Source: Patescibacteria group bacterium
GTDB lineage: Bacteria; Patescibacteriota; Patescibacteriia; Patescibacteriales; UBA12465
Length of the DNA: 64,000 bases
Direction of reading: 5' to 3'
Assembly: GCA_023229115.1 (NCBI GenBank)
Contig: JALNZW010000004.1
Location: 40,197 to 104,196 of the forward strand
Both the position numbers and the translations under genes were made by a program. Position 1 is the stretch's first letter. Each line of letters starts with the position of its first letter. The notes under the pieces are model-generated. The model saw only the letters and a program-made list of their open reading frames with translations. It ran no database searches and was not told the DNA's origin. Shown here piece by piece: positions 1-8,551 of the stretch.

Positions 1-1
1 T

Positions 2-511
2 AATGAGCCGTTTGTGGTTATTAAAACCGATCATCACAAAATGGGAAGGGGTGGAGCTGTTTTAAAAGTAAAGATGAAAAATCTTATTAATGGAAACGTG
101 TTGGAAAAAACTTATCAAGGAAATGATAAAGTGGATGAAGCTCGAACCGAAACCAAAAAAGCTAATTTTTTATACAAAGATCAAGACAATGCCTATTTCA
201 TGGACAACAATAGTTTTGAACAATTTTCCTTGTCGCTAGAAGATATCGGAGAACAAGAAAAATATTTAAAAGAAGAAACAAATGTTGACGTTTTACACTT
301 CAATGACAATCCCGTGGCAATAAACTTACCGATTAAAATGGAATTTAAAGTTGTCAGTGCTCCTCCAGGAGTAAAAGGAAATTCCAGTGGGAATGTTAAT
401 AAACAGGTTGAGCTTGAAACTGGAGCTATGGTAACTGTACCTCTGTTTATAAACGAAGGAGATGTTATAAGAATAAACACTGAAACTGGAGAATACGTAG
501 AAAGAGCTTAG
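2..511 (+). CDS. efp: Elongation factor P, 5'-truncated by window edge
   Basis: Frame is open to nt 2 (NEPFVVIKTDHHKMGRGGAVLKVKMKNL...). EF-P-like throughout, including the loop region and C-terminal GDVIRINTETGEYVERA. The true start lies upstream of the window. Confidence 0.9.
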   Translation, partial: NEPFVVIKTDHHKMGRGGAVLKVKMKNLINGNVLEKTYQGNDKVDEARTETKKANFLYKDQDNAYFMDNNSFEQFSLSLEDIGEQEKYLKEETNVDVLHFNDNPVAINLPIKMEFKVVSAPPGVKGNSSGNVNKQVELETGAMVTVPLFINEGDVIRINTETGEYVERA

Positions 512-520
512 TTTAAATAA

Positions 521-552
521 AAAAAGAAGTCTTCTTGAGAAGACTTCTTTTT
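521..552. terminator. Bidirectional rho-independent terminator between convergent genes
   Basis: Perfect 9-bp stem GAAGTCTTC/GAAGACTTC (526-534 / 539-547) with loop TTGA. An A-run lies upstream and a T-run downstream. Confidence 0.8.
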
Positions 553-565
553 TTTATTGTAAAAT

Positions 566-2203
566 CTATTCAATAATTAATGTTTCTGCTAAACCATCAC
601 TTCCACCGGAAGAAACAGAACCATCAGCTTCCATCGGTTCAGAAAGGTCAATTGGCAAAATTCTTGGTTGTCCTGGATAATTATAACGATTAAAAAAATC
701 TTTAACCGCCGGAATAACAATGTTTTTACGATAAAAATAATTAGGTTTAGATTGAGAAATTATCGGAAAAACATAAGCTGGAACATATAACTCCTGATTA
801 GTCATTTTAGTTTCATCATAATTCCAAATTTTTACCAACTCTAAACTTGGAGCACCCAATTCAATATCAACAGTTTCATATTCACCTTCAACAAAATAAT
901 CGTAATAAGGATAAGCCCCACCATTATAAACAAGCTCCATTATTTTTTCTCTATCGCCCTCTGTTTCATAAACAGAACTTTCATAGTTTTGATAAAACAT
1001 ACTATAAAGACCAGAAGCTTTTTTCTCTCTCATATCCACCTCAACGACAATACCAGATTTGTTACCATACTCTTCATAAACCATCTTGTCGTCAATTATT
1101 AAAGGATAAACAACACTAATAGATTCTGGTATATAATAATTACTTTTATCTTCTGTAGCAGCATAATCTCTTAACCAGTCATTTTGGACCTCTCCAGGAC
1201 CATAAGAACTTAAATCAACACCATACTCATTTAAAAAGTTATCAGCAATTGATAATGTTTCCTCATTAGACAAAATTTGATCAAAAGAAAGTCGATGGCT
1301 TTCTATACATTCATAGTTTTCCCAACCACCACAAAGCTCTTCAATTCGAGGCCATTTTTTCCAATTTTTATACAAAGAAACACTGCCGTCTTCAAAATAA
1401 AAAGAAATATTATAACCAAAGTCACGATCTTCCATTAAGCTAAAACTAGAAACTCCGGCATTGCTAAATTTATTAGTATTAATTAAAAGACCAGAGCTAG
1501 AAAAATTATTAGCAAATTGTTTAGAAATATCCAAAGGAACTCTTTTATAAACCTCTTCTTCAGATTCAAACATTTCAAATTCATCACCAGTATAAATGTA
1601 ATTATATTTAACAGGCATAGGCATTATGCTCATATCACTGCTAGCAATTTTACCTTCTTCAGCCTCCATTGTTGTCATATTACCATCTCCCATGCCCAAA
1701 ACCCTATCATCAGCCCTAGAGCTAAGCATAGAAGATTCAGTTCCAGCAGTTAATTGGGAGTAAAGATTACCAAAACTATTTTTACCCTTTTTAACAATTC
1801 TAGTTTCTTGCTCTATATTTAAAAAACTATTTTCTGGCTTATTTTGGTGAACAAATTTAGAAGCGTCCTTCTGAAGCCTAACAAAAGAAAAACTAACAAC
1901 CAAAAGCAATAAAACAGAAACAATCACAAATGACCGAGAAAGATCAAATAAAAAACTAAAAGAAGTAAAGTAATTTTTTGAAGTTTCTTCTTTTTTGTTT
2001 GCTTTAACTTTATTAATCTTTTTTTCTTCAGTTTTTAACATAAGCTTTAAATCCTCTGCAAACTTACTATCTGGCTTAATATCTGGTTGCAAAAGCAAAA
2101 GCTCTTTAATAATTTTAACCAATTTTTTTTCATGGCTTTTAAATTCTGGATCTATTTTATACAAATCATTCAGAATTTTTTTTATTTTTTTATCATCAAT
2201 CAT
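566..2203 (-). CDS. Putative anti-sigma factor / single-pass membrane protein with large extracytoplasmic domain
   Basis: Directly downstream (42-nt gap, same strand) of an ECF sigma gene. Short N-terminal cytoplasmic part, one TM (FVIVSVLLLLVVSFSFV), then about 430 aa outside. The ATG at 2203 is preceded by GAGGT; the track start at 2218 is TTG. Confidence 0.5.
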   Translation of the reverse strand: MIDDKKIKKILNDLYKIDPEFKSHEKKLVKIIKELLLLQPDIKPDSKFAEDLKLMLKTEEKKINKVKANKKEETSKNYFTSFSFLFDLSRSFVIVSVLLLLVVSFSFVRLQKDASKFVHQNKPENSFLNIEQETRIVKKGKNSFGNLYSQLTAGTESSMLSSRADDRVLGMGDGNMTTMEAEEGKIASSDMSIMPMPVKYNYIYTGDEFEMFESEEEVYKRVPLDISKQFANNFSSSGLLINTNKFSNAGVSSFSLMEDRDFGYNISFYFEDGSVSLYKNWKKWPRIEELCGGWENYECIESHRLSFDQILSNEETLSIADNFLNEYGVDLSSYGPGEVQNDWLRDYAATEDKSNYYIPESISVVYPLIIDDKMVYEEYGNKSGIVVEVDMREKKASGLYSMFYQNYESSVYETEGDREKIMELVYNGGAYPYYDYFVEGEYETVDIELGAPSLELVKIWNYDETKMTNQELYVPAYVFPIISQSKPNYFYRKNIVIPAVKDFFNRYNYPGQPRILPIDLSEPMEADGSVSSGGSDGLAETLIIE

Positions 2204-2245
2204 ATTCTTTGACCTCAATAAATCATAAAAATGACAAAGAGGTAG

Positions 2246-2821
2246 TTAATTTTTTAATATATTTAAAGCGAATAATAAAACAAAATATTCAATTGGCAAG
2301 TTTTCCTTTAGCTTTGAAACAGCTCTTGAAAAAATAACCTTGCAATTTTCCTCACTATCTCCACTTATCTCAGAAATCTCTTTATAAGAAAGCTCATCCC
2401 AAACTCTCATTATTACGACATCTCTTTGTTTAGGGCTTAAACAGGTCATTGCTTTTTTAATAAGCTCAATTTTTTTATTTTTATCAACTTTTTCCAATAA
2501 ATTTTCTTTTGCGGAAAGATCAAGAACTTTATCAAGCTCCACCTCTTTTTTGTCAGACCGATAATAATCAATTATTAGATTATAAGCTATCTTATATACC
2601 CAGGCAGAAAAATTTTTTTCAGAAAAATCAGCTGAATCGATAGCCTTTAAGGCCTTCAAAAATGTTTGACTACTCAAATCTTCGGCTGTTTCTTTGTGGC
2701 TAACACGATAATAAACAAAACGATATATTTTATCTAAATAAAAATCATAAAGCTTAGAAAAAGAAGCTAAATTACCATTTTGGCAATCTCTTATTAGACT
2801 TAATTCTTCTTGTGAGCTCAT
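2246..2821 (-). CDS. RNA polymerase sigma factor, ECF (sigma-70 group 4) family
   Basis: Region 2 (YRFVYYRV...AEDLSSQTFLKA, FSAWVYKIAYNLIIDYYR) and region 4 HTH (LSPKQRDVVIMRVWDELSYKEISEISG...). ATG at 2821 preferred over the TTG at 2830. Confidence 0.85.
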   Translation of the reverse strand: MSSQEELSLIRDCQNGNLASFSKLYDFYLDKIYRFVYYRVSHKETAEDLSSQTFLKALKAIDSADFSEKNFSAWVYKIAYNLIIDYYRSDKKEVELDKVLDLSAKENLLEKVDKNKKIELIKKAMTCLSPKQRDVVIMRVWDELSYKEISEISGDSEENCKVIFSRAVSKLKENLPIEYFVLLFALNILKN

Positions 2822-2932
2822 AGGAAACAAATAATTAATTATTCTACCTTATACAACGAGCCTAGCTCAAAAAGGTAACACTAAAAGTCAATCTCTGTTT
2901 ATATTTTAACATATAATTAATATAATTAAAAA

Positions 2933-2960
2933 TAAAAAACCCCTAGAATAGTCTAGGGGA
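2933..2960 (-). terminator. Rho-independent terminator after 2992-3561 gene
   Basis: Stem CCCCTAGA/TCTAGGGG (2940-2947 / 2952-2959) followed on the minus strand by a T-run (A-run 2934-2939 on plus). Confidence 0.75.
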
Positions 2961-2991
2961 AAATTATTTTAAAAGCTCTTTTTGAAGTCTT

Positions 2992-3561
2992 TCAACCTTC
3001 CTTAATCCCTAAAAAAAAGCATTTAGTCGACCAATTAGTATCTTCAATTTCTGAATTAAAGCTAATTTCCTTCTCAAAATTTAAAAAATCAATGCAAAAG
3101 AAACAACTCTCTTGAAAATCATTGATAAAAGAAGTCCCAAAAGCAAGAACAAAAGACTCCTCTGGCCAACTATTCTCTTTTTTTCCAAAAGACAATAACT
3201 CAAAAATGTTAGCGGGTCGATAATTATTTTTTTTCATTTCCAGGATAACATCCTGAGTAGAAATTTCAAAGCCAAAATGAAATAGCATGGCCTCAACTTC
3301 AATCTTTTTACCAATCAGATCGGATGGTAGAACAATTTGTTCCATTCCAAAATCTTCAACGCTTGAATATTTTCCGGCGTTAATCATTTCTGAGATACTT
3401 TTACTATAATCAATTTCTAAAACAAATTTTTTGCCATTTCTGGCAGCGATTTTTGCTGCTTCTTTTTGACAAAAATCAATAAGATTTTCGATGGAGAGTT
3501 CAGCCTCTTCCATAAATTTAAACAAATCAAAAAGATTGCTACTCGAGATTTGTATTCCCAT
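2992..3561 (-). CDS. Hypothetical cytoplasmic protein
   Basis: Uninterrupted 189-aa ORF with its own terminator. I recognise no motif. Confidence 0.6.
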   Translation of the reverse strand: MGIQISSSNLFDLFKFMEEAELSIENLIDFCQKEAAKIAARNGKKFVLEIDYSKSISEMINAGKYSSVEDFGMEQIVLPSDLIGKKIEVEAMLFHFGFEISTQDVILEMKKNNYRPANIFELLSFGKKENSWPEESFVLAFGTSFINDFQESCFFCIDFLNFEKEISFNSEIEDTNWSTKCFFLGIKEG

Positions 3562-3627
3562 TTTATTTAATTTTTAGTTAAACAATATTTAAAGTACAAC
3601 AAAAAACTATATAATATTTAAAAAAAA

Positions 3628-3656
3628 TTGTCAACTCAAGAACAAAATGTTATAAT
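3628..3656 (+). promoter_or_regulatory. Sigma-70-type promoter (TTGTCA-N17-TGtTATAAT)
   Basis: -35 TTGTCA at 3628-3633, 17-nt spacer, extended -10 TGTTATAAT ending at 3656. Lies 10 nt upstream of the ATG at 3666, implying a very short leader. Confidence 0.55.
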
Positions 3657-3665
3657 TTTAGAAAT

Positions 3666-5054
3666 ATGAATTTTTTAATCGCTTTATATTTTTTATTATT
3701 CTTATTTTTAAGCCGTTTAAACCTCAAAATGGCCGTGCTTGTTTTGATATTTTCTTTACCCAGCTATCTCATTAGATTTAATATCTTTTCAGTTCCCACC
3801 ACACTATTAGAAGTAATGATTTTAATTGTCTTTACTTTTTTTCTCTTTAATAAGAGAAAAGAAATATTCAAAAATACAACAAAAAAGTGGGCACAAAAAA
3901 TACCATACCCTTTTTCATGGGAAATAATTTTAATCTTAGCCCTGTCCTTTGTTGCCATTTTCATTGCTGATTTAAATTCTTCGGCTCTAGGTATTTTTAA
4001 GGCTTACTTTTTGGAGCCAATATTTTTATTTATTGTAATTGTTAATATTTTTAGAAGTGAAAAAGATATTAAAAAAATCTTTTATGCTTTATCTCTTTCG
4101 GCCTTAACTGTTTCTTTAGTTGCTATCTGGCAAAAAATAACCGGACAATTTATCTTTAATGAATTTTGGGCTAACCCTGAAAACCGTCGAGTTGTTTCCT
4201 TCTTTGGCTACCCCAATGCTGTCGCCCTATATCTCGGACCAATAATCCCTATAAGTATCGGACTGTTTATCTACAAAATAAAAGAAAGAGGAAGTTTAAA
4301 TTCCTTTTTAAAACAACTAATTCTTTTTATAACCATACTTTCTAGCTGTTTAGCTATATACTTTTCTAAATCCAAGGGCGCTATTTTAGCTATAGGCTTA
4401 TCATTTGTTTTTGTTATTTTTATTTTAATTAAAAGAAAATATAAAATTTACCTTCTAATTTTATTTTTGGCTTTAATACCATCATTTTATTTTTACAAAA
4501 AAGATTGGATAAATTTAAAATTATCATCTAGTCTTTCTTACCAAATAAGATTAGTCGGCTGGCAAGAAACGACCACAATGTTAAATGACGGCAATTTTTT
4601 ATGGGGAGCAGGACTGGCTAATTACCAAAACAAAATAAAAGATTATCACCAAGAGGGCTTGTTTTTTAACAAAGATGCTGATCCAGATTTTAGTAGAAAA
4701 ATAATAATTTTTGATGACAAATATCGAGTCGAGAGATGGCAACCTCTCGAAACTTATCTTTATCCTCATAATATATTTTTAAATTTCTGGACAGAAATTG
4801 GCTTAATTGGAGCAATAATATTTATGTTTTTAATATTTAAATCATTGTTTATATCATTAAAGGCCGGTCTTAAAGAAAAAAATAGTAAAGAAAGTTTTTT
4901 ATATTTAGGAATATTTTCTTCGCTTTTAATTATTATAATTCATGGCATCTTTGATGTGCCTTATTTTAAAAATGATTTATCAGTTCTTTTTTGGGTAATT
5001 TTGAGCATATTAGCCATCTACCAACTAAAACAGAAAACAAAAAAATATGAATAA
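3666..5054 (+). CDS. O-antigen ligase / Wzy-like polytopic membrane protein
   Basis: About 10-12 TM segments and a large external loop. The block YPHNIFLNFWTEIGLIGAIIFMFLI is typical of the O-antigen ligase (Wzy_C) family. Confidence 0.65.
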   Translation: MNFLIALYFLLFLFLSRLNLKMAVLVLIFSLPSYLIRFNIFSVPTTLLEVMILIVFTFFLFNKRKEIFKNTTKKWAQKIPYPFSWEIILILALSFVAIFIADLNSSALGIFKAYFLEPIFLFIVIVNIFRSEKDIKKIFYALSLSALTVSLVAIWQKITGQFIFNEFWANPENRRVVSFFGYPNAVALYLGPIIPISIGLFIYKIKERGSLNSFLKQLILFITILSSCLAIYFSKSKGAILAIGLSFVFVIFILIKRKYKIYLLILFLALIPSFYFYKKDWINLKLSSSLSYQIRLVGWQETTTMLNDGNFLWGAGLANYQNKIKDYHQEGLFFNKDADPDFSRKIIIFDDKYRVERWQPLETYLYPHNIFLNFWTEIGLIGAIIFMFLIFKSLFISLKAGLKEKNSKESFLYLGIFSSLLIIIIHGIFDVPYFKNDLSVLFWVILSILAIYQLKQKTKKYE

Positions 5055-5760
5055 AGAGAACTTAACTAAAGTAATTGCTGAAAATAGTAATTATTCTCGT
5101 CGCAAAGCCGAAGAATTAATAAAATTAAAAATGGTTTCAGTAAATGAGCAAGTGGCTCAACTAGGAGAAAAAGTTTTCGGTGAAGATAAAATAAAAATAA
5201 ATGGACAAAAACTAGTTCGTAATCAAAAAATATACATAAAATTAAATAAGCCAGTTGGCTATGTTTGCACTAACAGAAGCTTTAAGGGAGAAAAAAATAT
5301 TTTTTCTTTAATTAATATAAAAGAAAAAATAGTTTCTATTGGTCGCCTAGATAAGGATAGCTCTGGATTATTGATTTTAACTAATGATGGTGACTTAAAT
5401 TACAAATTAAGTCATCCCAAGTTTGAACATCAAAAAGTATATTTAGTAAAAATAAAAAATGACAATTTATTAAAAAACAACTGCTTTTTAAAAAAAATAA
5501 AAAATGAATTCATGAAAGGTGTGGACATAGAAGAAAAAACATTGGCTAAAGCAAAAAAATTAGAAATAATTAATGAACAAAATTTTAAAATTATTTTAAG
5601 TGAAGGTAAAAAAAGACAAATCAGAAGAATGTTCGGGTTTTTTGGTTTAAAAGTCGAAAGCTTGAAAAGAATTGAATTTGCTGGTATAAAATTAGACGAC
5701 CTAACAGAAGGAGAGTGGAAAAATTTAAACAAAGAAGAAATTAATATTTTAAAAAAATAA
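5047..5760 (+). CDS. Pseudouridine synthase, RsuA/RluB family (S4 domain + catalytic domain)
   Basis: N-terminal S4-like segment and the catalytic motif GRLDKDSSGLLILTNDGDL. Overlaps the upstream gene by 8 nt. Confidence 0.85.
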   Translation: MNKENLTKVIAENSNYSRRKAEELIKLKMVSVNEQVAQLGEKVFGEDKIKINGQKLVRNQKIYIKLNKPVGYVCTNRSFKGEKNIFSLINIKEKIVSIGRLDKDSSGLLILTNDGDLNYKLSHPKFEHQKVYLVKIKNDNLLKNNCFLKKIKNEFMKGVDIEEKTLAKAKKLEIINEQNFKIILSEGKKRQIRRMFGFFGLKVESLKRIEFAGIKLDDLTEGEWKNLNKEEINILKK

Positions 5761-5768
5761 AAGCAAAG

Positions 5769-5853
5769 GGAGAGATGGCCGAGTGGTTTAAGGCGACGGT
5801 CTCGAACACCGTTTGGGCGCAAGCTCTCTAGGGTTCAAATCCCTATCTCTCCG
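5769..5853 (+). tRNA. tRNA-Ser (anticodon CGA)
   Basis: Acceptor GGAGAGA/TCTCTCC, anticodon stem ACGGT/ACCGT with loop CTCGAAC, long variable arm, T-loop GGGTTCAAATCCC, discriminator G. Confidence 0.9.
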
Positions 5854-5864
5854 CAAATAAAAAT

Positions 5865-6929
5865 ATGAATAAAAAAATTATATTTATGCTATATTTTTTA
5901 ATGTTTTTGTTAGTCTATATAAGTCTTAACTTCTATGTTGTTATTAGGCTTGGAGGATATCTAGGAATAGAAAAAAATATTTTATATTTATTAATAATTT
6001 TAATTAATTTTTCTTTGCCAATATCTATGTATATGGAAAGAATTTTTCCGAACATTTTATCCAAAATATTTTATACAATATCAACATTTTGGCTAGGAAT
6101 CCTTCTTTTTGCCCTTTGCTTACTTTTAATATATGAAATAATAAGTTTGTTTTGGACAACATCTTACGCAGGGATAATAATTATCACCGGAATCGCTATA
6201 CTAAGCATTGCATCCGCAGTCAATGCCTCTAAAATAACAATAAAAGAAGTAAATATACCTATTAAAAATTTAAAAAAAAATATCAATATTGTTCAACTCT
6301 CAGATATTCATATTGGCACTATAAGAAACTCTAATTTTTTAAAAAAAATTATTAAAAAAACAAGCCAGTTAAACCCAGACATGATTATAATAACTGGTGA
6401 TATGGTTGATGCCAGTTCTAGGCTCAACAAGGAAATGTTTAAAGATTTTAACAAATTTAAATCTCCAATTTATTTTATCACCGGCAACCACGAAGTGATT
6501 GAAAACACAGAAAAAACATATTCTTTTTTAGAAGAAACAAATATACAAATACTAAAAAATGAAATTATTAGTTTTGAAAATGTTCAAATAATCGGAATTG
6601 AATTTTCTGAAGACAAAAATCACCTTGAAGAAAAACTTAAAAAAATAAATATAGACAAATCAAAGCCAAGCATCCTTATATATCATTCCCCTGAAGGATA
6701 TAATGAAGCAAAAAAACTAGGAATAAACCTTCAGCTTGCCGGGCACACACATTCAGGTCAAATATTTCCATTTAATTTCATAGTTAAAATAAAATATAAA
6801 TACATCAAAGGATTGTATGATTTGGGAAACATGTTTTTATATGTCTCGCCGGGCACTGGCACATGGGGGCCGTATATGAGACTTGGATCAAAAAACGAAA
6901 TAACGCTTTTAAAATTAATCCCCGGATAA
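5865..6929 (+). CDS. Membrane-anchored metallophosphoesterase (calcineurin-like)
   Basis: N-terminal TM segments followed by the motifs LSDIHIG, ITGDMVD, GNHE and GHTHSGQ. Confidence 0.85.
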   Translation: MNKKIIFMLYFLMFLLVYISLNFYVVIRLGGYLGIEKNILYLLIILINFSLPISMYMERIFPNILSKIFYTISTFWLGILLFALCLLLIYEIISLFWTTSYAGIIIITGIAILSIASAVNASKITIKEVNIPIKNLKKNINIVQLSDIHIGTIRNSNFLKKIIKKTSQLNPDMIIITGDMVDASSRLNKEMFKDFNKFKSPIYFITGNHEVIENTEKTYSFLEETNIQILKNEIISFENVQIIGIEFSEDKNHLEEKLKKINIDKSKPSILIYHSPEGYNEAKKLGINLQLAGHTHSGQIFPFNFIVKIKYKYIKGLYDLGNMFLYVSPGTGTWGPYMRLGSKNEITLLKLIPG

Positions 6930-7100
6930 AACTTCAAACATTTACTTTTTAAATTTCATTAAAAATAAACCCTTCAAATTCAATTTAAAACAATTTTATA
7001 ATTTCTAATAAATAAAATTAATGTTTCTTTAAACAATGCCTCAACTATTCAAACCATTGATTAAAATTGTTTTAGTTTTTTGAAAAAATTATTAAAAAAA

Positions 7101-7129
7101 GAAATAAAAAGGCCGCTTCTTTCGTATAA
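7101..7129 (+). promoter_or_regulatory. ECF-type promoter candidate GAAATAAAAA-N12-CGTATAA upstream of sigma gene
   Basis: GAAAT at 7101-7105, 17-nt spacer, CGTAT at 7123-7127, 13 nt before the ATG at 7142. The same 10-nt and 7-nt blocks with the same spacing recur at 8483-8511. Confidence 0.55.
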
Positions 7130-7141
7130 CTGATAACACCG

Positions 7142-7708
7142 ATGAATTTAAATAATCAAGAAAAATTAGAATATAGTGACGAAGAATTGCTTCAACTATC
7201 GCTAGAAAATACTGGCCATTTCTCTCTTCTTGTTAAAAGATACAAGGAGAAATTTTTTTATTATCTAAAAAGATTTACTGGTTTTAAAAACGACGACATT
7301 GAAGATGTTATTCAAAATTCTTTTATTAAAATATACAAAAATTTAAATAATTTTGACCCTAAACTTAAATTCTCTTCCTGGGCTTATCGCATAGTTCACA
7401 ATGAAGCCATAGATGAAATCAGGCGCCAAAAAAGAAGTAATTTGCCACTTTTACCAGAGCTAGAAATACCAGACGAAGATATTAACTTAAGCGAAGAATT
7501 GGATATAAAAATAGAAAAAGAAAAAGTATTAAAAACATTAAAAGAGTTAAAAGAAGAATATCGAGAAATAATAGTTTTAAGATTTTTTGAACACAAAGAA
7601 TATAAAGAAATTTCTGATATTTTAAAAAAACCAATAGGAACAATCTGCACTCAAATAAACAGGGCTAAAAAACAATTCAAGGATAAATATCAAAAATATG
7701 TTAAATAA
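7142..7708 (+). CDS. RNA polymerase sigma factor, ECF family
   Basis: Region 2 (DVIQNSFIKIYKNL..., FSSWAYRIVHNEAIDEIRR) and region 4 (EYREIIVLRFFEHKEYKEISDILKKPIGTICTQINRAKKQF). Confidence 0.85.
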   Translation: MNLNNQEKLEYSDEELLQLSLENTGHFSLLVKRYKEKFFYYLKRFTGFKNDDIEDVIQNSFIKIYKNLNNFDPKLKFSSWAYRIVHNEAIDEIRRQKRSNLPLLPELEIPDEDINLSEELDIKIEKEKVLKTLKELKEEYREIIVLRFFEHKEYKEISDILKKPIGTICTQINRAKKQFKDKYQKYVK

Positions 7709-8489
7709 TTTGGAAGATAAAATAATTAAAAAAATAGAAAAAGAAAAACTTAAACCGCTGAGTCGTTCATTTTTTGTTTTTAAAAAAATAATTTTTTGGA
7801 TTTTAACATCAATTTTTTTACTTTTCGCTGGACTGTCTTTGTCTGTTATGTTTTTAATAATTAAACATGGCGATTGGGATATTTACCATTTCCTAGGATC
7901 AAGCCCGGGCACCTTCTTTCTAAAAGCCTTTCCTTATTTTTGGCTCTTAGGGGTTCTAGTTTTCTTAATTTTAACCCTCATTAAAACAAAAAAAGCCGAC
8001 GGAACATATGCCTATCCCTTTATATATCAAAGCATTATAGGAATGCTTATTGTTACTATTTTAGCTAGCGGTTTTTATCTGTCTGGAATGAGCCAGAAAA
8101 CAGAAGCATACTTATCCTCCAACAAACTATATCGCAAAGCAAATTATATTCGTTCTTCTTGGGAAAATCCAGAAAAAGGACTGCTGGCCGGAACATTGAA
8201 AATTAAAAATAATGAATTTATTTTAAAAGATTTTTCAGAAATAGAATGGGTTTTGGTTTTACCAGAAAATAACCTCACCGGAAAAGAACTATTGATCGAC
8301 AATGATAAAATAAAAATAATAGGAAAAATAAATACAGAATCACAAAAAAATGAATTTATTGTGCAAGAAATAAGATCATGGAAATGTGGCTGTCCTCATT
8401 GCGCTAAAATGGAAGGGTCTTGCAACGGCTGTTCTGATGAAAATAGTTGTAACTCAGAAAACCAATGCCAAATTTATAAAATGAAATAA
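7698..8489 (+). CDS. Putative anti-sigma / multi-pass membrane protein with C-terminal Cys-rich tail
   Basis: 11-nt overlap with the sigma gene suggests translational coupling. About 3-4 TM segments, a roughly 130-aa soluble C-terminal domain, and a tail ending WKCGCPHCAKMEGSCNGCSDENSCNSENQCQ (7 Cys). Confidence 0.5.
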   Translation: MLNNLEDKIIKKIEKEKLKPLSRSFFVFKKIIFWILTSIFLLFAGLSLSVMFLIIKHGDWDIYHFLGSSPGTFFLKAFPYFWLLGVLVFLILTLIKTKKADGTYAYPFIYQSIIGMLIVTILASGFYLSGMSQKTEAYLSSNKLYRKANYIRSSWENPEKGLLAGTLKIKNNEFILKDFSEIEWVLVLPENNLTGKELLIDNDKIKIIGKINTESQKNEFIVQEIRSWKCGCPHCAKMEGSCNGCSDENSCNSENQCQIYKMK

Positions 8490-8511
8490 AAAAAGAGCCA
8501 ATAACGTATAA
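8483..8511 (+). promoter_or_regulatory. Second copy of ECF-type promoter motif GAAATAAAAA-N12-CGTATAA
   Basis: GAAAT at 8483-8487 overlaps the stop of the upstream gene. A 17-nt spacer precedes CGTAT at 8505-8509, about 40 nt upstream of the ATG at 8552. Confidence 0.55.
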
Positions 8512-8551
8512 GAGATAGAAAGCGCTTTTAATAATTAATTATTTTAAAACT

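Noticed and set aside
193-480. Antisense or overlapping ORFs in the supplied track. Examples: 193-480, 847-1119, 1517-1753, 1995-2228, 3764-3964, 5430-5822, 7396-7650, 8642-8851, 10117-10425, 12649-12897, 13786-14067, 14331-14513, 17942-18169, 18185-18400, 21867-22079, 26569-26793, 27290-27577, 28785-29035, 29729-30007, 30528-30770, 30628-30876, 32793-33092, 33303-33587, 33711-34007, 36395-36622, 37971-38243, 38322-38516, 44793-45011, 45693-45947, 47313-47567, 48397-48678, 49159-49485, 50023-50223, 52962-53165, 53888-54109, 54972-55178, 61719-61958, 61949-62137.
   Set aside because: Each lies inside, or opposite to, a longer ORF with clear family motifs. Their translations are low-complexity Phe/Leu/Ile/Ser/Lys strings typical of the antisense or shifted frames of AT-rich coding DNA. 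None has a recognisable motif.
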